64,000 nucleotides of DNA from the human T2T-CHM13v2.0 reference genome, Homo sapiens (GCF_009914755.1 NC_060929.1); one strand, 5' to 3'. Numbered from the stretch's first letter, positions 40,898-55,664 are shown. Notes: generated from the letters alone by a model not told the origin. Program-made: numbers and translations.

Positions 40898-43475
40898 AAA
40901 CATTTGAGTGCTCAGCTCATCTAGATTTACTACTTTAGCAAGGCAAATAATTCTAAACAGTAAGAAAGCCCCAACTATACATACTAATTAATTTAATTTA
41001 AACATTTATTATGTACTGTAAATATGCCTTGTTAAAATATGCATTTTAGTAAAGGCCACCATTAAAATCATGCTTCAGAAATTAAGTTGAGTTGCTTGAA
41101 GTCTACATAAAATGAATTCTACTTCAGCCTTTTTACAGTGACAGTTTAGATCACATTTATTTTACAATTAATTTCTCTGTTGGTTGTTTGATTAAGTGTT
41201 GATTGCCAGGTACTCAGCTATATGAATTTTTAAGTGAGACTAAAAGGAGGGAAATTAACACACTCCCTTTGTCTCTGTATTGAAACATTTGTAAAGAAAC
41301 AATACATTTAGCTGCTATGCTATTATTTTAGTCTAATATCCATTAGGGGATCTTTTCTGGAAAGGAAATGCCCTAGAGTGGAAGATGGAAGTTCGATGTG
41401 TGCTTTAGGGAAAACTTGATTTTGGCAGTGAAAGCTACATTCTCTCTATAGGTTAAATCTGCAGGTCCCCTAGTTGATAGAACATTAGCAAAGCTTAATA
41501 GAATCTATGTGTGGATCCTTATTGCAACAGTACATCAAAAGGCAAAACACAATGACTAATTCTCCAGATAAAATAGAGATTCTGTGAGGGTTGTTTTTTT
41601 CTTAAATGAATCCACTATTAAGAAAAAAAAAATGATTAGATGGTTCCAGGTAACAACATTTTAGTCACTGCAGTCAAAAGCCGAATTCTTATTTAGCTTT
41701 CTCAATTCTTTCCAAAAACTACAAGCTAACTGGTCCATTGGATCAATACCTAAACCTTTTTCCTCATAGAACTCAAAGTAGAATTGCTATTGCTAAGTAT
41801 AAAATACATTGCCCCCTATGGTAAACTACTTTCCAATCCTTGTAAGAGTCCACTTTTGTCAGAGACCTAAAGACCATATCAACAGCTGTAAATAATAATA
41901 ATAACAAAATATAAAAAGGAATGACATGAGGCTTTTCTGCCTTACTTTATATTCACAAATACCATCAATGAGAATTTCCTTAAGCCTCTAATTACTCTAC
42001 ATTTCCTAGGGCAGATTAAACAACTGCCTACACATTTTTTTCCATTGAAAACTACAAATAGGCCAATAAATGAAACCATCTCCCCACCTACAGACTCTTT
42101 TATAGCAAATACTCTCCTGTCACAAAACAGCTTGCTTTAGCAAATGACCACCCACTAGATATGGCCCACCCCTCTATCACTGTAAAATGAACTTTTGACT
42201 AGAGGAATCAGAATACATAGCTGGAAAGCAAACTTTAAGAAAGGAAACTTTGATCATATTTACTTCTTTGTCTCTTAGTCACCAGACCCATCAGGTAACT
42301 TCTAGTTTCTGAACAATCACAATGAAAGAAAAGCAATCTCTGTCACCATTTTGATTTACAAATAAAATGCATTTTTGAGATTAAAAGACAATGTACTGGA
42401 AAAGGTATTACAAGAAAAAGTACATTTTAGAAATATTAATTGTGGTTCCTAAATAATAGAATAAACATATTGATGTAATTCTTTCTGAATATTTCATAGG
42501 CATAGTAATCATAAAATAATCTGAAACACATTTACATATTTCTCTTTTCAGCTCCTCCCTATCATTTTATCTTCCGTTTAAAAGTAAAAGAATAGAATAT
42601 GTCAAAAGATATTGCTCTTGTGTCATTAAAATGGGCAGAAGCTATGGTCATCCATGCATTGTTAAGTAAATTTTAAAACTTAGCTGCAACAGTGACAATA
42701 TTAGTTATGAATGCAGTTAAGCCCTAAAATCGTTGAATTTTTTAAATATTTAATTTATTTTTAAAACACAGACTTATATATCAACCTTCCTTACAGTTCC
42801 AGCTCATTCTTATGGTCTTTTATACAAGCTTTTAATTTCATACAAGAAGATATTAAATTATTTGTATTTTTTAGTAACCTAGCATCTCCATTAATAGTCA
42901 CACTCCTTTTATCAAAAGTAGTATCTGAGGCATTTAAGGAAGAATTTATCATCGAATTCAACTGGGAATTTGAAACATATTCTTTAACAAAAAACAGAAA
43001 TTTTCAGTCAATAATAAATATTACACTTCTATTTTATTTGTCTCTATCAGTATCTGTATTTTATTTCTATTGTGATGGCTTATGATTGGTGATAGAAATT
43101 TTAGTGTTACTTTATAGTGATATCTTGATTTACAAATTACCCATAAGAAATCAACAGTGTCAAAAATCAAGAAGCCAAAACAATGATGTTACGTAACACG
43201 TTACTATTTGCAATTACAGCTGTATGACAAAAATACTTCTAAGCATAGATTCGTTGAGATAAACAGGGTAGGCCATAAGGAATCATGAAGTCTAATAATT
43301 TGTCTCTAGTTCAAAGCATTTTTTACCTGAAGGCTTAACTCATCTAGGAATAATCCTTATTTTATTTTCAAAATCCTATTACTCAATTAAAACAGGAATG
43401 ATCTGGTCATTTTTCAAGCATTATGTTGATTGGACTCATTACTCAATGATTTTCTTCTACAGTGATTGATTAAAC

Positions 43476-43531
43476 TGAGAACTATGCGGTATGTGACTTC
43501 CCATGAGAACTATGTGGTATGTGACTTCCCA
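43476..43531. repeat. 28-bp tandem duplication inside a MIR remnant
   Basis: tgagaactatg(c/t)ggtatgtgacttccca twice. Confidence 0.95.
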
Positions 43532-44296
43532 AGGTCTTGGAGCTATCAGAGCTGGGCTTGAACCCACAATTTTTTTGATTCCCCCATAATAAAGTTCAGG
43601 GCATCCTTAAGTAGAGGGGCAGAAATGCTTTTGTTTGATTGGTTACATTGTTTGACAGTGGTTCTGTGGGCATTTGGAAGAGAACCTAAAGACAAATCTG
43701 ATTAAAGTTTCAGGATCATTTGCTGTAGTGGAGAACGAGTTTTAATCTTTGATGAACTTCTCCTCTTATCTACTTTACTGTTTCTCAAAACATATGTACA
43801 TCCACCTCCAATCCTACTCCTCTCTTCCCATGCCAATTCTCTGTTGAAATGACCAGAATGATGGTACTTGGGCTGATTCTGGGGCTAACAGACATCCCCT
43901 TTTTCTGGTCCTTCAGCATTTCTGATATCTTGGCAGACATACTCACATTTTTATTTCTGTTAAGTGTCCCCTAGAAAAGAAATTTATCATTAGTAATCCT
44001 CTTTGCTGAAAAAAACCATTACTCTACTGGCATTTGTTTCTACCTTCCTAGTTATCCTCCTCAAGATTAATAAAATATATTGTACAACTTTTGTAGCAGT
44101 GAGATTGTATTCTACACACTGAAATGGAAAAAAAAATTAGAAAAGGCAGCAGCTATGGACAGATGGGTAATACACTCAAAACATCAAAATGAAAGAAAAA
44201 AATCTATAACGTATACTGACAGTATGGATACTAGAATCTAGTTCTGATTTTCATTTCTGACGCATTGCCAAGGCAGCCAAAAATCAACGAATTATA

Positions 44297-44416
44297 GGCT
44301 GGTTGAGTTGGTGCACAGGTGGCTGAGGCAAGAGGATTGCTGGAGCCCAGGAGTTCGAGGCCAGCCTGTGCAGCATGGTAAGACCCAGCCTCTTTAAAGA
44401 AACAAAACAAAACAAA
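44297..44416 (+). mobile_element. FLAM-type Alu monomer, internally deleted
   Basis: ggctgaggcaagaggattgctggagcccaggagttcgaggccagcctg...agaccc + A-rich tail; TSD aattatag / aattctag. Confidence 0.85.
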
Positions 44417-45302
44417 TTCTAGAGGTTTAACCTCAATTTCCCTAAGCCATTTCTAGGCCTGGTTTAAATTACTCTTAATTAAATCTACCTCATATGCCTC
44501 TATAAATCTCAGAAGAGCACATGGCAGGTGATATAACAGGAGAAAAAGACAACATGTGAAAGTGGGCTGGGAAGTAAGGAAGACTGAAAATGTTTCAACC
44601 TTCTGGAAACATATTTAGCAAAACTAAGACAACAGTATATTCTGTATAGCATGACCACTCTTCAGAATAGAATATTGTAAAACTATAAGGAAGTGGAAAT
44701 CATTCTAATGGTTTCTCTTCACCTTTTACACAGAGTCAGCTACAAATATCAAATACTGAACAGAACTTTGATTTTTCAAAAGTACATCAGAAGCCTGTGA
44801 AAATCATGGAAGAGATGGCAAAACGTCCTTGGGCAAACACCTTGTAGACTACTGACACAGCCTAATACTACTTAGGATGCAACCAACTCTTAAATTTCAA
44901 GGATGTACTTTTCCTCCAGGCGTGTTTTTGTAAAGAGGAGATAACTACTGCCTTTTAGATGGCTTTCGATTTGACTTTGTGGACTTCCTTTTCTCAATGA
45001 AAACTTTAATATGTAAAAATATATTTTCTTCCTCCTTGCATGTATTCTTGTATAATCCACTAAATCCAAGTTGTTAGTCTTTCTCCAAAAACCAATAGGA
45101 ATGATTATATAGTTACTCAGATGTAATAGTCAAGAGCTATAAAGAGTGTAGGATCAGTCAGTCCCATTGCCATAAGAAGTAAACAAGCTGGTTTTGAGAG
45201 ACTTAATTCAACTTCATCCTGTATGCTTAGTGTACCCAAAGCATAAGCAGATATGTATTCTGCTAAAATCAGATTCCTTGCAAGTAATGAAAAATAGAGT
45301 AG

Positions 45303-45560
45303 TAATAACAACATCAACAATAGTATTAAATATCATTTTGCAGTTCTGTACAATATGCTCATTCAACATAAGTATTTGTCTAATCTTCCAACAGCCCTGT
45401 ATGTCATTATTATCTTCTTTTTAAATAAAAAATACAATTTTATTTTTAAATAAAAAAAGAAAACTGAGGTTTGGAGAAATTGATAGCCTGAATTAATGTA
45501 CTAAATGGCAAAACCAGGATTCAAATTTACACCCTGTGTCTTCAATTTTCTAGCTTGTGC
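45303..45560 (-). mobile_element. MIR SINE
   Basis: taatcttccaacagccctgt...gaaaactgaggtttggaga...aaatggcaaaaccaggattcaaa. Confidence 0.7.
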
Positions 45561-46322
45561 TACTCCCTCATTTTCTTCTATACTCCTAGCTTAGTAAAGA
45601 TTGCTTTGGTGTCTTAGTGATAGATACGCTGCTGTCTCTAGAAGTCAGCATCATTTCCTTTATAAATTTATCTGAGACAAATTCTATGCTAGATATGGAC
45701 AAAAATATAAACAGTTTATCAATGTTCAATAAATTCAATATTTGTTGAGCACTTGTTGAATTTACATACATTGTCTTGGATTTGAAGTTATATAAAACTG
45801 CAGGGAGCATGAAGATGTTCAAGCTCAAGATTCAGACTTAAGAGATATTATTGATAAATGATTATTAAATATAAGCAGGCAGATAACATCTTCAACTGAG
45901 GGAATGTAGCAGAAGAGCAAAGAGGCCAAACACTGTGAGGAGCCACAAATAATGGACAAGGGAAGAAGAGGAGCCAAGGATAGGAAGTAGCTAACAAATT
46001 AGCCAATTAAACATCATTGGAATTTCTGTGTGTAAGTAACTGATCATGATACTAAGAAGAACACAAAGTAATAGAAGTCATAGTCAGCTTGATTCGTTTC
46101 CTAGTAGAAATTATCATCTAAAATAGAAAATGCTATCAAAAACACTAAGTGAAAATTAGCTTTTAATAAGTATTTATAAAATATGAGTGAAGATCAATAA
46201 ATAAATCTAGTACAGTTGTCACAAACATGCACAAGAATTTTAATAAGCTAGGGTACTTAAATGGTTTCCCAAGCTCCAATCCAGATTTATAGAATCCAAA
46301 TATCTACTTAAAGATTTTTCTG

Positions 46323-46493
46323 TCTTTCCTTCTCTTCTTTTTCTCTTTTTCTTTCTTTCTCTCTTTTCCTTTCCTTTCCTTCTTTCCTTTCCTTTTCTTT
46401 TCTTTCCTTTCCTTCTTTCCTTTCCTTTTCTTTTCTTTCCTTTCCTTCTTTCCTTTCCTTTTCTTTTCTTTCCTTTCCTTTCTCCTTCTTTCT
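46323..46493. repeat. 171-bp pure pyrimidine tract containing three 33-bp units
   Basis: Only C/T; unit tctttcctttccttttcttttctttcctttcct repeated exactly at 46381, 46414, 46447. Confidence 0.95.
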
Positions 46494-49400
46494 ACTTTCC
46501 CATATAATTCTGATGATGAGACAAGCTTGGGAAATGCCAGTTTAGTGACATAAACAGACACATATTTTGACAGGAATGGAATTTAAAATATTTTTAATAT
46601 TATCTAAAGTATTCATATAGTTTATTGGAAGAAATGGAATTTCACAGTTCTGGAAATTAATCGTTAGGTAAATAGATGAGTGAGCTTAAGTGAAAGGAAA
46701 AAAGAAGAAAGTTTTACAAATATAAGTATGCAATTAGGTTTCCAGTTTCCTATGCATTATCGATGGCATGCTATCTAGTGCTTACCTAAAAGAAGAAACA
46801 CAGATGGTAGACTGGCAGACTGGTAAGTCCTAATGATTATGTATCCAAACATAGAAGATGAGTTCATTGTGTGCTCGTGCTCTGTGTTCTGATACCTGAG
46901 GAAGTCTACCATTTTTTAAGTTGAAGTTTCCAGAATACTTCACCTTTATCTGAAAGCACTTAGGGAACACGGTTGTTGTTTTTGTTTAAAATAATTTTAC
47001 CAGTGGTACAATTTGAGATATTCTAATACCTATTCTGATAAAATTCAATACCTATGTCAGAAAATGTCACTGTGAGACCTATGCAGAACCCCAGAAACTG
47101 ACTAATTTTGTACAGAAAACTTGACTTGCTGTATGGTTGTCAAATAGTGTCTTATAAAGTATTAGATGAAGCAAAAGACAAACAAATTTCTTTATATATT
47201 CTTGCTTTTAGAACTTATATAAATACTGAAAAGAAGGTGTAAATGTTCGTGATACAATTCAGAGAACTGTATCTCAAGGAGATTACTTATTAATTTCAGA
47301 AATATATTTATGTGTAAACCATGGTAGAAAGTATCAAGTAAAATCCTGTTGAAATGAAAAAAAAAACAAAGTAAAAGTAGAAGATGTACCAGAACTAATA
47401 CAAGTAAAATAGATGGAGTAATTTTGGGAAGAACATTCATGAATTGTGGAATGTTTAAGATAAAAATGTTATTTAGCAAGAATCTGGTCCTTTTTAAAAA
47501 ATCATAAATTATGAGCATTAACAAGGACTATCCTATAAGTCCCTAGTGGTTAATTGGCTGTGCTTCAGGAATCCATTTATTATTTTTTTGGAAAACCCAT
47601 GTCCAATAATGTTGACAGTATAAAAGAATGGGGGACTTAGGAGGTAGAACACTTATTTAGTAGATAGAGGCAAAATGAGAATATTATCCCATTCTATTCC
47701 AATCTTCAAAATATCACCCTCCCCAGAAATTTCTCAACCAAATACTTTTAAATTGGATTAAACAGATTACTATACAGATTTTTTCATTTTTAATTCTAAC
47801 AATAGCTATGGATCATAAAAATAAAGGCTACTGGTTGCTCTTTCCCCAAAATACTGGAAGTCTGGAAGGAGAAAATGGCGAAGTGGAAAGCTGATTCTTT
47901 CTGCCCAGATTTGGGACATGAGTGCCCCATGTTTAATGCTTAAAAAAGAGAAAATAAACCTTCTCTACTATAGCCACTCTCATCTCATATTCTGGTGAAA
48001 ATAAGCAAATAGCCTTCCTTTGGAGACTAGCTGAAGAAAAACTCTAAAGCTCTCCCCCCACCATTCTTTTGTCCTCCTCAGATTAAGGAGCTCTTTGTGT
48101 TTGTTTTAAAGCAAGATGACTCAGAGACTACAAACACCATTTGAGATAAATTCCTGACAGAAACATCCACCCACGGGTCCATTCCCTTGATGCTGCCTTA
48201 ACCTTGCCTTCTTAGGTGAAAGTCACCTACAACTTTTCTACTACAACTTTATTAGTTGGATGAGAACCAAAAAACTAACTAGTTCAGAAATTATCTGAGT
48301 CAAGAAAAAAAAACAAAAAACCTGTTTTAACAAGTATATACTTGAGTACATGATGCTGCATGCAGAGATATAAACAAACAAACAAAAAATTATAATGAGA
48401 GAACTCACGGTGGGATACTGCAAATCCTTGTGGTGGATTGTTTTCTAGTCCCATGAAGGAATAATATAATCTCTATTGGTTTTTATTCTTACTTTTGTTC
48501 CTGTGTCACACGTATCAAAGTGGAACTTGAAAACAGTATGTTTTTTAATTAAAGCAACCAAAACTCTACACTTTTGTTCCCAGTGGTGATTCTAACATTA
48601 AGTCAGTATTTAGCACAGCTGTTCACACTCCATAAAATAAAGTTACCTGTCTGATAGAAACAATGCATTTTAAGCTTACATTTTGGGAGATTTAAATGTG
48701 TAACTCACAGCTCAAAAGACTTTAAGACATGAAATTAAATATAGTAACTCATGGTAAAAGGTGAAAAGTCCCTAGAAGCTTAAACCATAGAAAGGAAGCA
48801 TTAAGCTTTCAACTTGCATATTTAGAAATGAAACATCTAGACATATGTATTAGGAGAAGTATAATTATTTCTTAGAAGTTTTAATTATTGGTCACTAAAA
48901 CAAATTTGATTTCATAAATTAAAAATGTAACAATTATAAGTAGATACTGCACAAGTGAATCTATGTTATTCTTATAAAACATAAATATAATACTATTTAC
49001 TTATTCAGAAGTAATTTTCATATAGAATTATACATTGTTAAATTCAATCATCAGAGGTTTTGTGGTTGTTGTTATTTTTGATTATTTGTTTTTATTTTGT
49101 TTTGCTTTGCACTAAGTCCAAAACAAGGGTTATATGAAATTAAAAACATCTGGATACATATTATCATTACTTGCAGAAATTTAAATTAACATTTTATATT
49201 ACTCTAGATAAAATGATACACATTTTTATCTTTTGAATCCAATATTTTTAAGTTTTTGAGCAAATTATAATCCTATTATAAAAGTCAGAACATCTATTTT
49301 CTGTAGGATTATCCTAAATGCATTGAAGCAATAGATCTAGAATTTAAAATTTAGAATTAGAATTTACTATATGGATTGCCCATGTAAATTAGATACAAAA

Positions 49401-50384
49401 CAGAGATTAAGTGTCCTTTATCTCTGTTATTCCCATGTTGTACATTATTTTACAAAAACTTAGCTCTCAAAAATATTTGTAAAATTAAATATTTTTCTAT
49501 TAATATAATATTTCATACTTGATAGGATATAGTTTCTTTCCTAATAAGATCTTTAAATTGAGCTCAAGTGTTTTGTGTTGACTTGTTTCCATGAATTGTG
49601 TAGCTATAATTTAGTTTTTTGAAAGGAAACAATTTTAAAAACCAAAAACTGCATGACACATAAATTACCAAATGTTTTCATACAATAATTTAAAGTGTAG
49701 AGATCTAATATGGACAATTCATCTACCTATCCCACATAAAAATGACTTAAAAAAAAAGATACAAGCCATTTGTACAATATAAGTTTACAATGACTAAGAA
49801 AGCAGTCGACATTTTTTGTAGATTTCCGTCACGGGTACAAACAGTGAATATTGAATGAGAACAATGAGAAATGTAATGATAACTCTGGAGACTCACAATC
49901 TTGTAGTTATTTTATCTAACGTATTATCTTGGCTCCTTATAACCAATATATGTTCAAGATACACTACTATGTAGTATATTTCTCAAACAGGCCATGTGCT
50001 TACTTTACCCTAGCATCCATCTGAAACCTCATTTTCATTACCTAACACAATAATCTTTATTTTCTTTTCTGTGGAATCCGTTCTTTCTCCAGCAGCAGGA
50101 ATAAACTTCCTCATACACCATTTACAATATGTCAGTCCCTTATCAAGAAATATGCTGCCCCTCATAGTACAATAATATTACCAGAAAAGCCTAAAATTTA
50201 TAAGAGGCACTGAAGGGTATATAAACTAAAGTCACAAATATTCTGGCATTGATTGATTCATTCATTTATCAAATATTAACTGAGGTCCTGATATGTGCCT
50301 GGCAAAGTGAAAGTTGTGAAAGCTTCTAGCAATGAAGAAGTGAAGAAGAAAGCCTAGGTCTTTCCCTCAGGTAGCTTGCACTTC

Positions 50385-50954
50385 CAAATAAGCAACCTAG
50401 ACCACAGTTAACTCAGCCCAAGATTACCAGGAACACCTGCAGGTGAGCACGTTGTGTGTATTACCTGTTGCAGGGAGGGAGAGCATACGCCTTAGGGAAG
50501 CGTAGTGCATCTCAGTGAGAGCACATTAGACAAAAACTATTAAGGGATTTGTGCTCTAGTTGGGTAACACTGGGAGGAGGTTAAGGGAACAAGATCACTC
50601 TAGATTGAGTTCTGTCATAGAGCAGGGGTGATTTTATACCCTTGAATATCTCAATAAATCTTATCTGCAGGAAGGGCAGATTAGAGCAGGGTTAAAACTG
50701 TAACTGGTTTAGAAAAGCAGTAGCCACTCAGTAAGAAAGGGGATTGGTTGTTGTTTTGTGGATTACCCAGTGACCCATTTGCCCAGATGGGAATGTTCAG
50801 TGAGAATTTTATGTTCAACAGGAGAACAACATGGCTTAGCTATAAAAGTCAGATCAGTTTGTATTAATAATATTCTAATAATAATATTGAGGCTTAGGTT
50901 TGAGTGTCATAGCAGTTCTTAAGCATCAAAAGCTACTGCTTTTTTTCTCTCACA
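50385..50954 (-). mobile_element. ERVL-type LTR (MER76-like)
   Basis: Minus strand starts tgtgagagaaaaaaaagcag; body attacctgttgcagggagggagagc, aataaatcttatct.caggaagggcaga; family name uncertain. Confidence 0.55.
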
Positions 50955-51085
50955 GATTATACAGGAAATGAACAGAAAAAGGTGATAAATATTACTAGGA
51001 CTAATTTACATTATGTGGCCGAGAAGACCACTTTGTGAAGATAACATTAAGCTAAGACCTGAGGGGAGGTGATATGAAGAGCTTA

Positions 51086-51599
<514 letters not shown>

Positions 51600-51726
51600 T
51601 TATTCCAAGGATGGGAAGCATTAAAAGGCCATAGTTTGGGTATATAGAATAACTAATAAGCAACATTATGCTAGGCTCAGCCCATGCTTCATGCTAAGCC
51701 CTAACCCACGTTAGGCCCAAACCCAG

Positions 51727-52106
51727 TGCTATGGACTGAATTGCATTGTCACCAAGTTTATATTTTGAAGTTCTAACCCTGAGTACATCAGAATGCCACT
51801 GTATTTGGAGATGTGGTCTTTAAATAGGTAATTAGGTTTAAATGAGGTCATTAGGGTGAGCCTTAATCCAACAGGACTGATTTTCCAAAGAAAACTAGGA
51901 CACAGAGATATAAAGGGAAGATCACATGAAGAAACAGGGAGAAGATGGCCATCTGCAAGCCAAGGAGAGAGGCCTCAGAGAAACCACACGTACTGTTACT
52001 TTGATCTCACACTTTTAGTATCTAGAATTGTGAGAAAATAAAGTTCTGCTGTTTAAGCAACGTGGTCTGTGGTATTTTGTTATGACAGCCTTAGCCAGCT
52101 AATACA
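51727..52106 (+). mobile_element. MLT1B-like MaLR solo LTR
   Basis: tgctatggactgaattg...gtatttggagat...aaatgaggtcattagggtg...gaagatggccatctgcaagccaaggagagaggcctcag...ctaataca. Confidence 0.9.
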
Positions 52107-53134
52107 TTGAGATGTCAGTACAGCATCTTTAATACCCAAACCTATGAAATCAATGCTAAGTATCCACTGAATCAATGTCCGCTCTTGCTTGAAAAATAAA
52201 AGGTATCACAGTGGCATGCAAAAAGATCATTTCTCTAGGCTTCAAGTCCATGGGGAGCAGTTAGGACAAGAAAGTGACTATAACTCTTCTAGCTCAAAAG
52301 TGACGGGACTTATCAGAGGGACCATTGGAATCATACTTTCAAAAATGCAACTCTGTATTTATATTATATCTTTCTTCCAAGTAATTCAAAACACTTCAAA
52401 GACATTTTCATATCAATTCTCAGAGCACCCTGTGAAGGCAAGTAGGTGGGAAATATTATCATTCCTATTTGACATTTCTATACGCCTACTCACTTGATTA
52501 TAAGATCATTTTAACTGAATATATAATTTTTTTCAGAGAAAAGAATACATGCCCAAGAAAGAAAAGATGTTCATAAGAAAAAATAGTATAATTTTGGACT
52601 ACAGTTACTATCATGTGCTGAATGATGTGGAAATTTGGTGATATACACAATGACCATTGAGATTTTAATTTAGATATTATTTCTTCTTCCTTTTTTATAT
52701 TTCCTGAGAAAAAGGTAGAAATACTAGCAAAATGGCAGCTATATTTTTTAAATAGCACCAAACTGAGGATAATTGGTCTGTTTTAGTCTCATATTCAAAA
52801 TATAGTGTTTGTTGCACATTTAAGGAGAGTATTAAAATATTCTGAAGTCCAAAAACCTTAAAATATCAATTATTCTTATTTTTTCCTCTATGTAAAGTAC
52901 CAGGATATATGATGATTTATAATGAAAAATAGGTTTTTATCAGGAAAGGCAGTTTTAAACAAAAATGTAATTTCAAACTTTCTAACATTGAAAAAAAAAA
53001 TCACTCCAATGTATATCTTCCCTCTTTGAGAGGCTAAGGACAAACAGCCCTTATTTGTGTGTCTTCCTAATTTTGACAGCTTTATCTCATCTCACTCACT
53101 CTCATGCTTCCTAGCCTTCAGATTCACTGAACTT

Positions 53135-53400
53135 CATACATTCATTTACTTAATCAATAAATATTGGCTCATACTGTAAGGCATGGAGACAAAGTAGTGA
53201 ATAAGACTAAATAAGGTCCTTCCCTTCATGAAGCATACTTACAGCAGAGAAATAAATTTTAAAAAGCAAAATAGTTCAATATTATCCTAGATGTACTAGT
53301 GATAATAAGCAATGACATGAATGAAAGTGACTGAGTAGATGGAACTTTAAAAATGGTAGTTGAGTAAAACCTCTCTGAGAAGGTAAAATTTCTAAGATCT
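53135..53400 (-). mobile_element. L2 3' fragment
   Basis: ttcatacattcatttacttaatcaataaatattg...agtagtgaataagac...cctctctgagaaggt. Confidence 0.6.
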
Positions 53401-53547
53401 TTTAAAAATGCACCACTGTTTGGAGAGTTGAATTAACAATTGTTAATTTTTAATTAACAATTAATTAATTTTTAATTAACAATTGTAGGCCAAAATGAAT
53501 CCCTCAAATCTCAAGAATCCAATGCATCAGTTACAGGGCAGGTAATT

Positions 53548-53728
53548 TGGACTTCTAGAAAATTATCAGGGTCCAATGCAAAATGAAAATGTGAGACCCC
53601 TTGTTTAAAAATTGTTTAAATTTCAAGAGTAAATTATTTAAAATTTCAAGATGGTGGCAGTGAAGCATTAAACTAAGCATTGACCTGTCTATGCAGGGCA
53701 GGTCGTATGTTCATGAAGCTAGGCCTGA
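53548..53728 (+). mobile_element. MER45A-like (hAT-Tip100) DNA transposon
   Basis: tgcaaaatgaaaatgtgagaccccttgtttaaaaatt...tttcaagatggtggcag...gcattaaac...catgaagctaggcctg. Confidence 0.7.
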
Positions 53729-54937
53729 AGAGCCTAGACTACTATAGATTGGAAGTCTTTGTGGATCAGAGCATTGTAGAAGTTGAAGACATTAGGCTGG
53801 GGGATGGGCACTGCATGGTAGGTCTGATTATCCTGGTAATAAAAGACCTAGAAAACTGGGACTTCCACAAAATGTGTGATGAACAGAAATGTACATTCCA
53901 AGGAGGAGTGTGCCCTCAGTGAAAACAGGGAGGTAGGTCAGCCTCAAGACTATGTTCCCTCCTGCACCCGTAGCTGTATCCATGGCCCTGGAAGTAGTTT
54001 TGTAAAAGCATCACTTTCTTCCTTGCTTCAGAACTTTTGCAAATCTGTAATAAACCCCATCCACCACCTGACTCCATCCTGACTATGAACTCCAGGAAGG
54101 TAAGAGCTGAGTCTGACTTATTTTCTCCAGCTTTTAACCCACAGTAGATTTTCAATTATTCATTAAATCACCAGTGATTTAATTAATAGATAATTTCATC
54201 ATATGGTAGGTGACATTGTGGAAATTTTTAGAAGAAAATATAGCTGACACTTTTATATTACAAACTTTTGTTTGGAAAATAGATTATTAAAAGATTAAAT
54301 TCCACCTTCTCACCCTTTTTTGGTTTTGTTTGTTTACCTTGTAATAGTGTGTGAATAAATGTATTTAGCAACCTAAGGACAAATAGCATCAAATATCAAA
54401 CTTATTGACTAAATACCAAAACTAATTCCTAGTCTTCATTCCCTTAGTTATTTTTCTCCCACAAATAGGGCAGTTAGTAATTAACACAAGATTATAAAAA
54501 TATAAATGCCTAAGAGCTATTAAAATGTGATGACAGATCACCAATCCGATTTAACATTTTTCATGTAATTTGGTTGATCAGAGAAATGCAAGTCACTCAG
54601 AACATCTACTAAAAAGTACATAGTGAGTCCAAAGAAGGACAAATCATTTTTCTCATAAATTGCACAAATAGTTTAGGTTATTCAGAATTTTTGATCTAAA
54701 TTATGTTAGCATTCAACAACATAATTATTAACATAGATTGTCACTTACTGTCACCTTCGAGGAATCAGCCCCTACATTGCCGTCAGTATAAAACAAGAAG
54801 ATTAAATATATTTATCCAATATGTGGAATTCTGACCACTCACAGGTATTAGAAAAAGGCAATAATTTGGGACTTTGTTTCCCTAACTTGTCTCAGAATCC
54901 CATTTGGGATTTTTATTTTAAAATATACAGATTCCCA

Positions 54938-55235
54938 GTCGGACCTAGTAGCTCACGCCTGTAATCCCAGCACTTTCAGAGGCTGAGGTGGGTGGATCAC
55001 CTGAGGTCAGGAGTTCAAGACCAGCCTGGCCAATATGGTGAAACCCTGTCTCTACTAAAAATACAAAAAGTTAGCCGGGAGTGGTGGCATGCACTTGTAG
55101 TTCCAGCTACTGGGGAGGCTGAGGCAAGAAAATTGCTTGAACCCGGGAGTTAGAGGTTTCAGTGAGCCAAGATTGGGCATGGCACTCCAGCCTGGGTGAC
55201 AAAAGCAAATCTCCATCTCAAAAAAAAAAAAAAAA
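54938..55235 (+). mobile_element. AluSx/Sq-type SINE
   Basis: gatcacctgaggtcaggagttcaagaccagcctggcc; poly-A; 12-bp TSD tacagattccca (54926-37 / 55237-48). Confidence 0.97.
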
Positions 55236-55440
55236 CTACAGATTCCCAACGCCCTTCTTGCAGATACAATTTAAACATGTATAAAATGAGAAGGGAATAT
55301 GGTTTTCAAACACTAATTTAAAGTGTTGCTTATAACTGGATATTTATGGGGAAAATTGAGTTAGGCACTCAAAATGAACAAAACTGTTCACATATTTAAA
55401 GGGGGCTGATTTGAATACACAGGTCAATCCGCTTCTGATT

Positions 55441-55561
55441 GAAAAAAAGAAAAAGAAAGAAAGAGAGAGAGAGAAAGAAAGAAAGAAAAGAAAGAGAGAG
55501 ACAGAAAGAAAAGAAAGAAAAGAAAGAAAAAGAAAGAAAAAGAAAGAAAGGAAGAAAGAAA

Positions 55562-55618
<57 letters not shown>

Positions 55619-55664
55619 GAAGGAAGGAAAGAAAGAGGAGAGGAGAGGAGAGGAGAGGAGAGGA
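55441..55664. repeat. 224-bp polypurine (GAAA)n/(GGAGA)n compound repeat
   Basis: All A/G except one C at 55502; pure (AAAG)n core then (AGGAG)n. Confidence 0.96.

Noticed and set aside
51690-51726. ccctaaccc telomere-like words
   Set aside because: Only one exact CCCTAA unit; too short for an interstitial telomeric repeat
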